From Mobula hypostoma (taxonomy: Eukaryota): a stretch of 64,000 nucleotides of DNA. The notes beneath the pieces were generated by a model, which saw nothing but the letters and a program-made list of their open reading frames with translations, made no database searches and had not been told where the DNA came from. Below, in pieces: positions 1 through 11,836 of this stretch. The stretch spans positions 255,318,001-255,382,000 of the forward strand of contig NC_086097.1 in NCBI RefSeq assembly GCF_963921235.1, given 5' to 3'. The translations under genes were made by a program, and so were the position numbers. Positions within the stretch are counted from its first letter, which is position 1. The number at the start of each line of letters is the position of its first letter.

Positions 1-82
1 GCCTTTGGAGTCTTAGGATCTTGGGGCACTGGAGACGGGCGGATTGAAGGTTGGTGTCCAGTTGGTGTGTTGTGGGAGCTGG

Positions 83-83
<1 letters not shown>

Positions 84-118
<35 letters not shown>

Positions 119-257
119 ACACACCACAAACAGACACGCACACACATACGGTGACACACAGGCGCACACACATACGGTGACACACAGGCACACACACTGA
201 CACAGACACACACACAGCCATACACACACCCCCACAGACACACACACATACACACAG

Positions 258-300
<43 letters not shown>

Positions 301-629
301 CACACCCACAGATCACAGAAATGCACACACAGACACACCACACAAAGAAACACACACACACACACTCCTAGATTAAAACACACAAACATGGACACAGAGA
401 CGCGCACACAGACAAACCACACACACAAACACAGACACACCCCACACATATACCACATAAATAAATACATACACAGACATGCGCACACACACATACACCA
501 ACAGAAAGACACAGATGCACACACACAGAAAGCACACATGGACGGAGAGGCACCCACATGTGCTCTCTCACAAAGACACACACACACACACACACACAAA
601 CATAGACATCCACACGCTCACACAGAGAA

Positions 630-674
<45 letters not shown>

Positions 675-700
675 TAGACATCCACACGCTCACACAGAGA

Positions 701-738
<38 letters not shown>

Positions 739-846
739 GGTGCACAGATACATAGAGACATGCACAGACACGCACGTACACAGAAACACACAGACACAGA
801 TACACAAAATCACTGAAACACATATAGACACAGATGCAGTCACACA

Positions 847-886
<40 letters not shown>

Positions 887-986
887 CATACAGATACACA
901 GACAGAAAAACACTAACAGGAACCCACACACAGAGACACACACACGGACTCACACACACAGACACTCAGTGACACAGGCACACGCA

Positions 987-1024
<38 letters not shown>

Positions 1025-1029
1025 CTCAC

Positions 1030-1072
<43 letters not shown>

Positions 1073-1155
1073 ACACAGGCACACAGACACACATGATCTC
1101 ATTCACACAGACACTCACTGACACAGGTATACACACATACACACACACACACACA
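84..1155. repeat. Long degenerate (CA)n microsatellite
   Basis: ~1.07 kb of interrupted CA repeats with an internal duplicated block (aaacatagacatccacacgctcacacagagaagc at ~598 and ~670). Confidence 0.95.
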
Positions 1156-1169
1156 AAGACAGGTGTGTA

Positions 1170-1420
1170 AGAAGGGCCCGAAGGATCATTGGAGACCCAA
1201 GTCACCCCAACCACGTTCTATTCCAGCTGCTACCATCCGGGAAACGGTACCGCAGCATAAAAGCCAGGACCAACAGGCTTCAGGACAGCTTCTTCCACCT
1301 GGCCATCAGACTGATTAATTCATGATGATACAATTGTATTTTAATGTTATATTGAATGTCCCGTTGTACATACTATTTATTATAAATTACTATAAATTGC
1401 ACACTGCACATTTAGACAGA
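1170..1420 (+). mobile_element. Rex1/Babar-type LINE 3' end fragment
   Basis: Translates RARRIIGDPSHPNHVLFQLLPSGKRYRSIKARTNRLQDSFFHLAIRLIN, similar to the C-terminus of the element ending at ~43700. Confidence 0.7.
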
Positions 1421-2035
1421 GACTCTGATACTCACCTTGCTGTCTGTAATTATGTCCTGTTATCTGGCCTGCCCTTCCTAACAGTCTGACTGCACACTAT
1501 CTTTGCATTTTTACCATCAATCCTATCCTGAGTTCCTTCACGCCAGTTCCACCCCATGCCAAATTAGCTTAAACTCTTCCCAGCAGCTCTAACAAACCTG
1601 CCCACGAGAATATTGGTTCCCCGTGGATTCAGGTGCAACCCATCACTTTTGAACAGATCATACCTCCCCCAGAAGTGATCTCAGTGATCCAAGCCCTTCC
1701 CCCTGCACCAGTTTCTTGGCCACGCGTTAATTTGCCAAATCGTCCTGTTTCTACCCTCACTGGTGCGTGGCACAGGCAGCAATCCAGAAATTACTACCAA
1801 GGAGGTCCTGCTTCTCAGCTTTCTACCTAGCTCTCCAAATTCTCTTTTCAGAACCTCTTTGCTTATCTGTCCTATGTCATTGGTACCAATATGTACCAAG
1901 ACATCTGGCTGACCACTCTCCCTCTCCAAAATGCTGTGGACGTGATCTGAGGCATCCCTGACCCTTGCACCTGGGAGGCAACATACCATCAGGTGTCCCG
2001 TTCCTCTCTCTTGTCTGTTCCCCTGACTGTTGTGT
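1420..2035 (-). mobile_element. CR1 LINE ORF1 (SGNH esterase) fragment
   Basis: ORF 1681-2061: VCCLPGARV...VLVHIGTND...VVISGLLP esterase motifs. Confidence 0.8.
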
Positions 2036-2049
2036 ACCCTATCACTACT

Positions 2050-2398
2050 GATGAGAGGCATTGATCATGTGGACAGTCAGAGGCTTTTTCCCAGGGTGGT
2101 AATGGCTAGCACGAGAGGGCACAGTTTTAAGGTGCTTGGAAGTAGGTACAGAGGAGATATCAGAGGTAAGTTTTTTACGGAGAGCGGTGAGTGCGTGGAA
2201 TGGGCTGCCGGCGACGGTGGAGGTGGATATGATAGGGTCCTTTAAGAGGCTCCTGGACAGGTATATGGAGCTCAGAAAAATAGGGGCTATGGGTAACCCT
2301 GGGTAATTTTTCAGGTAAGGACATGTTCGGCACAGCTTTGTGGGCTGAAGGGCCTGTAATGTGCTGTAGGTTTTCTATGTTTCAATGTTCTATGTTTC
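2050..2398 (+). mobile_element. CR1 LINE 3' end with (TTCTATG)n-like tail
   Basis: ORF2 C-terminus (RGHSFK...FFT), gggctgaagggcc hairpin, tctatgtt tail. Confidence 0.85.
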
Positions 2399-2744
2399 TG
2401 TCCCCCTCTTCTCCCTCTTTCCCTTCTGCAGCACAGACCTACGCTGAGTGATCAGTTCATGTTGTGTGTCATGGTATCTGATATGTGCTATGTGCCTCGA
2501 GCTGTGTGTGACTGTTGGCACTGTGCTTTCCGCCTTGGCTGCAGAGTATCACTGTTTCATTTGGCTGTACTCATGAGTGATCGTGATTGGTTGAGTGATA
2601 ATTAAATTTGAACTTGAACTTGATTACTGGCCTCACTTGCACGTGGCATAAGTAACAATTCTGAGAGCACAACCGTGGAGGTCCTGTCCTTTAATGTAGC
2701 ACCTAACTCCCTGAACTCAGCCGAGGCAGGACCTCGTCACCCAT

Positions 2745-3490
2745 AAGATCACAAGATACAGGAGCAGAATTAGGCCATTTGGCCCATTGAGTCTGCTCCG
2801 CCATTTCATCATGGCTGATCCATTTCCCCCCTCAGCCCCGATCTCCTCCCTTCTACCCATATCCATTCATGCCCTGACTAATTAAGAATCTATCAACTCA
2901 TCCTTATTTCTATATAAAGATGGTCCCCACAGCCACCTTTGATAAACAAATTCTGCTGACTCACCACCCTCTGGCTAAAGAAATTCATCCTCATCTACTT
3001 TCGAAAAAGGACACTCCTCTATTCAGGGGCTGTATTCTCTGGTGCTAGACTCTCCCCCAGAGGAAACATCCTCTCACATCCACTCCATCAAGGCCTTTCA
3101 TGATGAGACAGGTTTCAATTAGGTCACCCCTCGTTCTTCTGAATTCCAGTCAATACAGGCCTACAGCCATCAAACGCTCTTCATATGATAATTCAATACT
3201 GGAATCATTTTCGTGCACTTCCTTTGAACCCTCTCCAGTGTCAGCTCATCTTTTCTAAGAGAAAGTGCTCAAAACAGCTCATAATACTCCAGTTGAGGTC
3301 CCAGCAGTGTTTTATAAGCTGTTACATTTTACATTACATCCTTGTTTTTATATTATCTTGCAATAAATCCGAACATCGTGTTTACCTTCCTCACCACATA
3401 CTCCACCTGCAAATCAACCTTTAGAGAATTATGCACATCAACTTCCAAGTCCCTTTGCATCTCAGTTTTATGAATTTTCTCACCATTTAA
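2745..3490 (-). mobile_element. Degraded CR1 3' fragment
   Basis: ggagcagaattaggccatt 3' UTR motif and decayed ORF2 C-terminal sequence. Confidence 0.7.
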
Positions 3491-3872
3491 AAAATGAGGG
3501 GTGATTGATAAGTCCGTGGCCTGCAGTAGAAGGAGTCAACTTTAGAAAAACTAGCACATTTATTTTTCGACATAGTCCCCTCCTACATGTACACACTTAT
3601 CCAGCGGCCGTGGAGCATACAGATCTCTTCTTTGTAGAAGTGGTCCACAGCAGGGATGATTGATAAGTTTGTGGCCTAAGGTAGAAGGAGATGTGTTATT
3701 AACTTCAAACTTTCTGCATTATCACTCAAAGAGTTGAACTGCACGTGCATGTAACAAGAGCTGTATAACTCATCTGTTTCTACCTTCGGCCACAAACTTA
3801 TCAATCACCCCTGCTGTGGACCACCTGGAGGTCCAAGGCACTGACTTCTACAAAGAAGTATGCTCCACAACC

Positions 3873-5159
3873 AACACACATAAAAGTTGCTGGTGAACGC
3901 AGCAGGCCAGGCAGCATCTCTAGGAAGAGGTACAGTCGATGTTTCAGGCCGAGACCCTTCGTCAGGACTAACTGAAGGAAGAGTGAGTAAGGGATTTGAA
4001 AGTGGGAGGAGGAGGGGGAGATCCAAAATGATAGGAGAAGACAGGAGGGGGAGGGATGGAGCCGAGAGCTGGACAGGTGATTGGCAAAAGGGATACAAGA
4101 GGATCATGGGACAGGAGGTCCAGGAAGAAAGACAAGGAGGGGCGGGGGGGACCCAGAGGATGGGCAAGGGGTATATTCAGAGGGACAGAGGGAGAAAAAG
4201 GAGAGTGAGAGAAAGAATGTGTGTATAAAAATAAGTAACAGATGGGGTACGGGGGGAGGTGGGGCATTAGCGGAAGTTAGAGAAGTCGATGTTCATGCCA
4301 TCAGATTGGAGGCTACCCAGACGGAATATAAGGTGTTGTTCCTCCAACCTGAGTGTGGCTTCATCTTTACAGTAGAGGAGGCCGTGGATACACATACCAG
4401 AATGGGAATGGGATGTGGAATTAAAATGTGTGGCTACTGGGAGATCCTGCTTTCTCTGGCGGACAGAGCGTAGGTGTTCAGCAAAACGATCTCCCAGTCT
4501 GCGTCGGGTCTCACCAATATATAAAAGGCCACATCGGGAGTACCGGACGCAGTATATCACCCCAGCCGACTCACAGGTGAAGTGTTGCCTCACCTGGAAG
4601 GACTGTTTGGGGCCCTGAATGGTGGTAAGGGAGGAAGTGTAAGGGCATGTGTAGCACTTGTTCCGCTTACACGGATAAGTGCCAGGAGGGAGATCAGTGG
4701 GGAGGGAATGGGGGGACGAATGGACAAGGGAGTCGCGTAGAGAGTGATCCCTGCGGAATGCAGAGAGAGTTGGGGAGGGAAAGATGTGCTTAGTGGTGGG
4801 ATCCCGTTGGAGGTGGCGGAAGTTACGGAGAATAATATGTTGGACCCGGAGGCTGGTGGGGTGGTAGGTGAGGACCAGGGGAAGCCTATTCCTTGTGGGG
4901 TGGCGGGAGGACGGAGTGAGAGCAGATGTACGTGAAATGGGGGAGATGCGTTTAAGAGCAGAGTTGATAGTGGAGGAAGGGAAGCCCCTTTCTTTAAAAA
5001 AGGAAGACATCTCCCTCGTCCTAGAATGAAAAGCCTCATCCTGAGAGCAGATGCGGCGGAGACGGAGGAATTGCGAGAAGGGGATGGCGTTTTTGCAAGG
5101 GACAGGGTGAGAAGAGGAATAGTCCAGATAGCTGTGAGAGTCAGTAGGCTTATAGTAGA
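3873..5159 (-). mobile_element. Penelope-like retroelement, 5'-truncated (RT C-terminus, GIY-YIG endonuclease, pLTR with hammerhead)
   Basis: ORF 4267-5010 with CxxxxCxxC linker and GVIYC...LYIGET...RFAEH GIY-YIG; possible AACC TSD (3869-3872 / 5160-5163). Confidence 0.9.
3934..3969 (-). ncRNA. Minimal hammerhead motif (helix III ACGU changed to ACAU)
   Basis: AGTC CTGACGA AGGGTCTCGGCCT GAAA CATC GACT. Confidence 0.7.
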
Positions 5160-5277
5160 AACCGCTGGACTAAGTGTATAAATGTAGGAGGGGACTATGT
5201 TGAAAAACAAATGTGCCAGGTTTTTTAAAATTGACTCCTTCTACCTTAGGCCACGAACTTATCAATCACCCCTCATA

Positions 5278-7720
5278 TAATTTCCATATCCTTCCTGTAA
5301 TGAGGCGACCAGAACTGAGCACAGTACTCCAAGTGAGGTCTGACCAGGGTCCTATATAGCTGTAACATTACCTCTCGGCTCTTAAACTCAATCCCATGGT
5401 TGATGAAGGCCAATGAACCGTATGCCTTCTTAACCACAGAGTCAACATGCTCAGCAGCTTTGAGTGTCCTGTGAACTCGAACCCCAAGATCCCTCTGATC
5501 CTCCACACTGCCAAGAGTCTTACCATTAATACTATATTCTGCCGTCATATCTGACCTACCAAAATGAACCACCTCACACTTATCTGGGTTGAAGTCCATC
5601 TGCCACTTCTCAGCCCAGTTTTGCATCCTACCGATGTCCTGCTGTAACCTCTGACAGCCCCCCACACTATCCACAACACTTCCACCCTTTGTGTCATCAG
5701 CAAATTTACTAACCCATCCTTCTACTTCTTCATCCAGGTCATTTATAAAAATCACGAAGAGAAGGGGTCCCAGAACAGATCCCTGAGGCACACCACTGGT
5801 CACCAACCTCCATGCAGAATATGACCCATCTAGAACCACTTGTGGGCAAGCCAATTCTGGATCCACAAAGCAATGTCCCTTGGATCCCATGCCTCCTTAC
5901 TTTCTCAATAAGCCTTGCATGGGGTACATCGTCAAATGCCTTGCTGAAATCCATATACACTACATCTACTGCTCTGTCTTCTTCAATGTGTTTAGTCACA
6001 TCCTCAAAAAATTAAATCAGGCTCATAAGGCACAACCTGCCTTTGGCAAAGCCATATGACTATTCCTAATCATATTAAGCCTCTCCAAATGTTCATAAAT
6101 CCTGCCTCTCAGGATCTTTTCCATCAACTTATCAACCACTGAAGTAAGACTCACTGGTCTATAATTTCCTGGGCTATCTCTACTCTCTTTCTTGAATAAG
6201 GGAAAACATGTGCAACCATCTAATCCTCTGGAACCTCCCCCGTCCCCATTGATGATGCAAATATCTTTGCCAGAGGTTCAGCAATCTCCTCCCTCACCTC
6301 CCATAGTAGCCTGGGGTACATCTCATACGGTCCCGGAGACTTAACCAACTTGATGTACATAACGTAACGTAAAAATAATTGGTCCCAACGCAGACCCCAA
6401 TGTAACACACTCGTCACCGGCAGCCAGCCAGGAAAAACTCACTTTCTTTGCCTTCTGCCAATCAACCACTGCTTTGCCCATGTTCGAATCTTTCCTGTAA
6501 ATCCATGAGCTCACAGCTTGTTAAGCAGCCTCGTGTGTGGCACCTTGTCAAAGGCCTGCTGAAAATCCAAGTATACAACATCAATCGATTCTCTTTTGTC
6601 TATCCTGCTTGTTCGTTCTTCAAATAATTCCAATAGATTTGTCAGGCAAAATTCTCCCTTGAGGAAACCATGCTGACTACAGCCTATTTTATCATGTGTG
6701 TCCAAATACCCTGGGACCTCATCCTTAATAATTGACTCCAATATCTTCCCAACCACTCAGGTCAGACTAACTGGTCTATAGTTTCCTTTCTTCTGGCTCT
6801 CTCCTTTCTTGAAGTGTAGTATGACATTTGCAAGTTTCCAGTCCTCCAGAACCATTCCAGAATCTAGTGGTTCTTGAAAGATCATTACTTGAAAAATAGA
6901 GGGCTATGGGTAACCTTAGATAATTTCTAAGTAAGTACATGTTCAGCACAACAAGAGCCTGTATTGTGCTGTAGGTTTTCTATGTTTCTATGTTTCTACT
7001 AATGCCTCCATGATCTCTTTTGCCACCTCTTTCAGAACTCTGCGGTGTACATCATCAGGTCCAGGTGACCTATCTACCTTCCGACCTTTCAGTTTTCCAA
7101 GAATCTTCTCTCTCGTTATGGTAACTTCACACACTTCATGACCCCTGACACCTGGAACTTCCACCATACTGCTAGTGTCTTCCACAGTGAAGTTTGATGC
7201 AAAGTACATATTCAGTTCGTTCGCCATTTTGTTGTCCCCCATTACTACTCTACAGTATCATTTTCCAATGGTTTGATATCTGCTCTCACCTCTTTTTTTG
7301 CACTATTTATTTAGAGAAACTTGTGGTATCTTCTTTAATATTATTGGCTAGCTTACTTTCGTATTCTATCTTTACCTTCTTAATGACATTTTTTGGTTGC
7401 CTTCTGTTGGTTTTCCAATCCTCTAATTTTCCACTAATTTTTGCTCTATTATATGTGCTCTCTTTGGCTTTTATGTTGGCTTTGACTTCTCTTGTTAGTC
7501 ATGGTCGTGTCACCTTACCTTTAGAATACTTCTTCCTCTTTGAGATGTATAGATCCTGTGCCTTCTGAATTGCTTTGAAAAATTCCAGCCATTGCTGCTC
7601 TGCCGTCATCCCTGCCGGTGTTCTTTTCCAATCAATGCTGGCCTACTCCACTTTCACGCCTCTGTAATTCCCCTTACTCCACTATAATACTGATACATCT
7701 GACTTTAGCTTCTCCTATTC
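5278..7720 (-). mobile_element. Cluster of CR1 ORF2 fragments (two families), with a + strand CR1 3' tail inserted at ~6890-6996
   Basis: RT motifs [16 protein letters not shown], YxDFxKAFD in ORFs 5273-5890, 5739-5999, 6511-6756 and 6988-7242. Confidence 0.85.
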
Positions 7721-7855
7721 AGTCATAGCTGGAACTTAAAACCAAAAGAAAAGCTAATTTTCCTCACCCAAACTGTTTGATAGGAGTCACACAAAGCCTG
7801 CATTGGGATGGAGCTTGCATACCCAAACCTACCCCTGAAACAATGTGCCACCTAC

Positions 7856-9086
7856 CTGCAAATTGCTCCAACATCTTCCATGACAAAGCATTGTCCACCA
7901 TTGTAGCAGTAATTTGGGGCCAAGTCACAGATGGATTTACAGGTTTTGTTCTGCTTCAGATATCCCAGTTTGCAGTCCTTTCTGTCCTCCCCAAGTACAA
8001 GGGGTGACAGACTAATGTCTTGGCCGGAGTCTGAGTCGGAGGTGTTAGTGAAGACAGTTAGGTATGATTCTGAAATGAAGTCTGGACTGGAGATAGTTTG
8101 CTTGGCCATGTCTTCTTCTTTCACTAATATGGTTTGTACCTTAGGAGAGACCGTGGTCAATCGAAATTCATTCTCACGTTCCAACTCAGGGGCCATTTCA
8201 TCCCAATAATATAATGTGGCCATTTCAACACCAGAATCACGATGATCCAGGGGAGGAGTCAAGGAAGGAAGATCAGACAAGAAGTCATTTGTGGAGTCTA
8301 AGTTGGACGATGTGATGGAAACATCTGGAGATTCAACAATGGGAAAGTTCTCAGAAGAATCATTGTTAAGGTCATGAATATATCCTGTGGGTAGTTTAGA
8401 AGGTTCATTAGTTGTCAAGAGATGTTGGGCAGGGATGGTATGCTGTTCAGACCATAGTTGCTTCTTCTGGTCCACCCTTGTATAGTCAGTGCTTCCTTCT
8501 GTTCCCTGGGCTGGGAAGTCAGTGGCTTCTTCATACCTAAACAACTTAGCATCCTGTTTCTCTTTCAGCGTGCTGCTCCCTCGCATGGGTCTGGAAGTCT
8601 CTCCACTTCCCTCTGCCCCTTTTATCAGATCCAAACTTGCCTGGGTGAATGGCTCCTCTTCTGAGATTCCTTCAGGTTTCTGGCAGCCTGGACAGCCCAC
8701 AAGCTCTTGGACTAAGTCTTCAGCCAGAGGAGTTGTTGGTAATGCCAGACTGCCCAGTGACTCTGATGTAGAAGGTTTGCTATTTAATGCCTGCTCCCTG
8801 TCCAGCTCTTCAGCCTGAACACCGGAATCCAGATCCTCACTGTGAGGTTGCACTTCTACAGACCTCACCTGCACTGAACTGGTGGGGGCATGGGGTTCAC
8901 TTGCAGTTGGCCAAATGAAGCCACTGGGGACAGAAGAAATATTCAGTAAATCCTTGCGGTGGGGAATCGGTTGAACTGTGAAGCTGTGTGGAGACTGAGA
9001 ATTGGTGAGGAACGAGGAGCTCTCTGAGGATAACAATGCAGAAGGGGTATCCTCGGGTTTGGGTGGTGACAGAGTGACGTCTGATC
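7856..9086 (-). CDS. CSPG5: CSPG5 exon 2: Ser/Thr/acidic chondroitin-sulfate attachment region plus N-terminal part of the EGF-like domain
   Basis: Acceptor cttttctctttgcag|G at 9087/9086; open frame for 1231 nt; ends ...DCKLGYLKQNKTCKSICDLAPNYCYNGGQCFVMEDVGAICR with donor AG|GTAGG (GT 7855-7854, phase 2). The C-terminal segment closely resembles the vertebrate CSPG5 EGF region as I recall it (ECRSGFVRHNGSCRSVCDLFPSYCHNGGQCYLVENIGAFCR). Several acidic Ser-Gly sites (EDLDSG, EGSGE, RDSG, DSDSG). Confidence 0.92.
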
Positions 9087-9339
9087 CTGCAAAGAGAAAA
9101 GCACAAATGAGTTGGGAAAGTAAATAATTAAGTAGAACACCAATAGAGATTTGACATACTGCATTATAACTGTTTATTCATGTATATGTACATAAGTATT
9201 AAGCAAAAAAGTCCTCCCCACCATTGAGCATCTACATTTACACAGAGCACTTCCACAAGAAGGTAGCATCCATCATCAGTGACCTCACCATCCAAGCTAT
9301 GACAGATGGCACATATAGAGAGATAGTGACATTCAAGGT

Positions 9340-9855
9340 GCAGGATACAAGGAACTTGAGTGACAGTCAGGAAGGGGAAAGGGGTTAAGAAGTCAGTGCA
9401 GAGTATAGCCATTCCTCTCAACGATAGGTAAATCTCTTTGGATGCAGTTGGGGAAGGGAATGGACTAACAGAGGAAAGTGACAGTGGTTGGGTCGCCATC
9501 ACTGACACTGCCTCTGTGACTCAGACAGGAAGGGGAAGAAGAAGCACGCTGTGGTGATAATTAGGGAATAGACAGGAGGTTCTGAAAGTGAGAACAATGT
9601 TCCCGGATGGAATGTTGCATCCTGGGTGCCAAGGTGTGGGATATCTCAGATCAAGTCCTCAACGTTCTAAAATGGGAGGGTGATCAGCCAGAGGTCGTGG
9701 TCCATGTTGGTACCAATGTCACGGGCAGGACAGTGACGATGTTCTTCTTAGGAAGTTCAAGGAGTAGGTGCTAAATTAAAGGGCAGGACCTCAAGGGTTG
9801 TGATCTCAGGATTGTTATCCATACCAAGTGCTAGTGAGGCCAGAAATAGGAAGAT
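9340..9855 (+). mobile_element. Degraded CR1 ORF1 esterase fragment
   Basis: gtccatgttggtaccaat (VHVGTN) and gtgatctcaggattgtta (VISGLL) remnants. Confidence 0.7.
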
Positions 9856-10134
9856 TAGAAACATTGAAAAATAGAAAACCTACAGCACAATACAGGCCCT
9901 TCATCCCACAATGCTGTGCCGAACATGTACTTACTTTAGAAATTACCTAGGGTTACGCATAGCCCTCTATTTTTCTAAGCTCAATGTACTTATCCAGCAG
10001 TTTCTTAAAAGACCCTGTCGTATCCGCCTCCACCACCGTCGCCAGCAGCCCATTCCACACACTCACCACTCTCTGCGTAAAAAACTTATGCTTGATATCT
10101 CCTCTATACCTACTTCCGAGCACCTTAAAACTAT

Positions 10135-11836
10135 ACACACAACACGCTGGAGGAACTCAGCAGGTTGGGCAGCATCAGTGGAAAGGATGAGTCGATGTTT
10201 CGGGCCGGAACCCTTCGTCAGGACTGAAGAGGGAAGGGGCAGAGGCCCTATAAAGAAGGTGGGGGAGGGTTGGAAGGAGAAAGCTGGTAGGTTCAGTTGA
10301 AAAATCAGTTTTTTGAAAGACAAAGGGGTGGGGGAGTGGAAGCAAGGAGGTGATAGGCGGGAAAACAATGGGTAGTAGAAGGAGGCGGAACCATGAGGGA
10401 GGTGATTGGCAGCTGGGGGAGGAGGCAGAGTGAAATAGGGACAGAGGAAGGGAGGGGGAGGGAATTACCAGAAGTTGGAGAATTCTATGTTCATACCAAG
10501 GGGCTGGAGACTACCTAGATGGTATATGAGGTGTTGCTCCTCCAACCTGAGTTTAGCCTCATCGTGGCAGTACAGGAGGCCATGTATGGACATATCTGAA
10601 TGGGAGTGGGAAGCAGAGTTGAAGTGGGTGGCTACTGGGAGATCCTGTCTGTTGTGGCGGACAGAGCAGAGGTGCTCGACAAAGCGGTCCCCCAATCTGC
10701 GTCGGGTTTCACCGATGTAGAGGAGGCCACACCGGGAGCACCGGATGCAATAGATGACCCCAAACAGACTCACAAGTGAAGTGTTGCCTCACCTGGAAGG
10801 GCTGTTTGGGGCCCTGAATGGTTGCAAGAGATGAGGTCTAGGGACAGGTGTAGCACTTACGCCTACAGGGATAAGTGCCAGGTGGGAGATCTGTGGGGAT
10901 GGACGTGTGGATAAGGGAGTCGCGGAGGGACCGATCCCTGCGGAAAGCGGAGAGGGGTGGAGAGGGAAAGATGTGCTTAGTGGTGGGGTCCTGTTGAAGG
11001 TGGCGGAAGTTGCAGATGATAATGTGCTGGATCTGGAGGCTGGTGGGGTGGTAGGTGAGGACAAGGGGAACTCTGTCCCTGTTCTGGTGGTGAGAGGATG
11101 GGGTGAGGGCCGAAGTGCGGGAAATGGAGGAGATGCAGTTGAGGGCATCATTGATGACGGTAGAAGGGAAACCACAATCCTTAAAGAAAGAGGATATTTG
11201 AGATGTCCTGGAATGGAAAGCCTCATCCTGGGAGCAGGTGCGGTGGAGATGGAGGAACTGTGAACAGGGAATGGCATTTTTGCATGTGGCGGGGTGGGAG
11301 GAGGTATAGTCGAGGTAGTTATGAGAGTCAGTGGACAGTCTGTCTCCAGAGATGGAGACCGAGACATCGAGAAAGGGGAGAGAAGTGTCCGAGATAGACC
11401 AAGGGCTGGGCTGACCAAGATTTGAGGGCTGGGTGGAAGTTTGAAGTAAAGTCGATGAAATTGACAAGCTCAGCATGGGTGCAGGAAGCAGCACCAATGT
11501 AGTCGTCAATGTACTGAAGAAAAAGTTGGGGAGCAGTACCAGAATAGGTTTGGAGCACAGACTGTTCCACATAACCAACGAAGAGGCAGTCATATCTGGG
11601 GCCCATGCGAGTTCCCATAGCTACACCCTTAGTCTGAAGAAAGTGGGAAGAGCCAGAAGAGAAGTTATTAAGGGTGAGAACCAGTTCCGCCAACCGGAGG
11701 AGGGTAGTGGTGGTGGGGAACTGGTGAGGTCTATTATTCAGGAAGTAGCGGAGGGCTTTGAGGCCTCCTTGATGGGGAATGGGGGTGTATAAGGATTGGA
11801 CATCCATAGTAAAAACTATGTTCCTTTAAACAATAA
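10135..11836 (-). mobile_element. Penelope-like retroelement (RT, GIY-YIG, pLTR with hammerhead)
   Basis: RT motifs DVQSLYT, QTKGVAMG, YIDD (ORF 11328-11807); GIY-YIG ORF 10465-10773; 13-bp near-perfect TSD accttaaaactat (10122-10134) / accttaaaattat (11837-11849). Confidence 0.9.
10190..10225 (-). ncRNA. Minimal hammerhead motif (second PLE subfamily; ACAU variant)
   Basis: AGTC CTGACGA AGGGTTCCGGCCC GAAA CATC GACT. Confidence 0.7.

Larger units (their letters stand above)
3495..5275. mobile_element. Mariner-derived fold-back MITE (~490 bp), split by a Penelope-like insertion at 3873-5159
   Basis: TIRs tgaggggtgattgataag (3495) and cttatcaatcacccctca+TA (5275). Both arms carry a mariner transposase C-terminus (RWTKCINVGGDYVEK at 5163-5207). 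Second internal TIR pair at ~3651 and ~3812. Confidence 0.8.

Noticed and set aside
1..80. Possible CSPG5 exon 3 after a minus-strand ttccag acceptor
   Set aside because: No frame gives the expected EGF continuation and transmembrane segment; the sequence resembles the repeat at ~30003.
13..1214. Cys/Val- and His/Thr-rich ORFs
   Set aside because: Translations of the (CA)n microsatellite.
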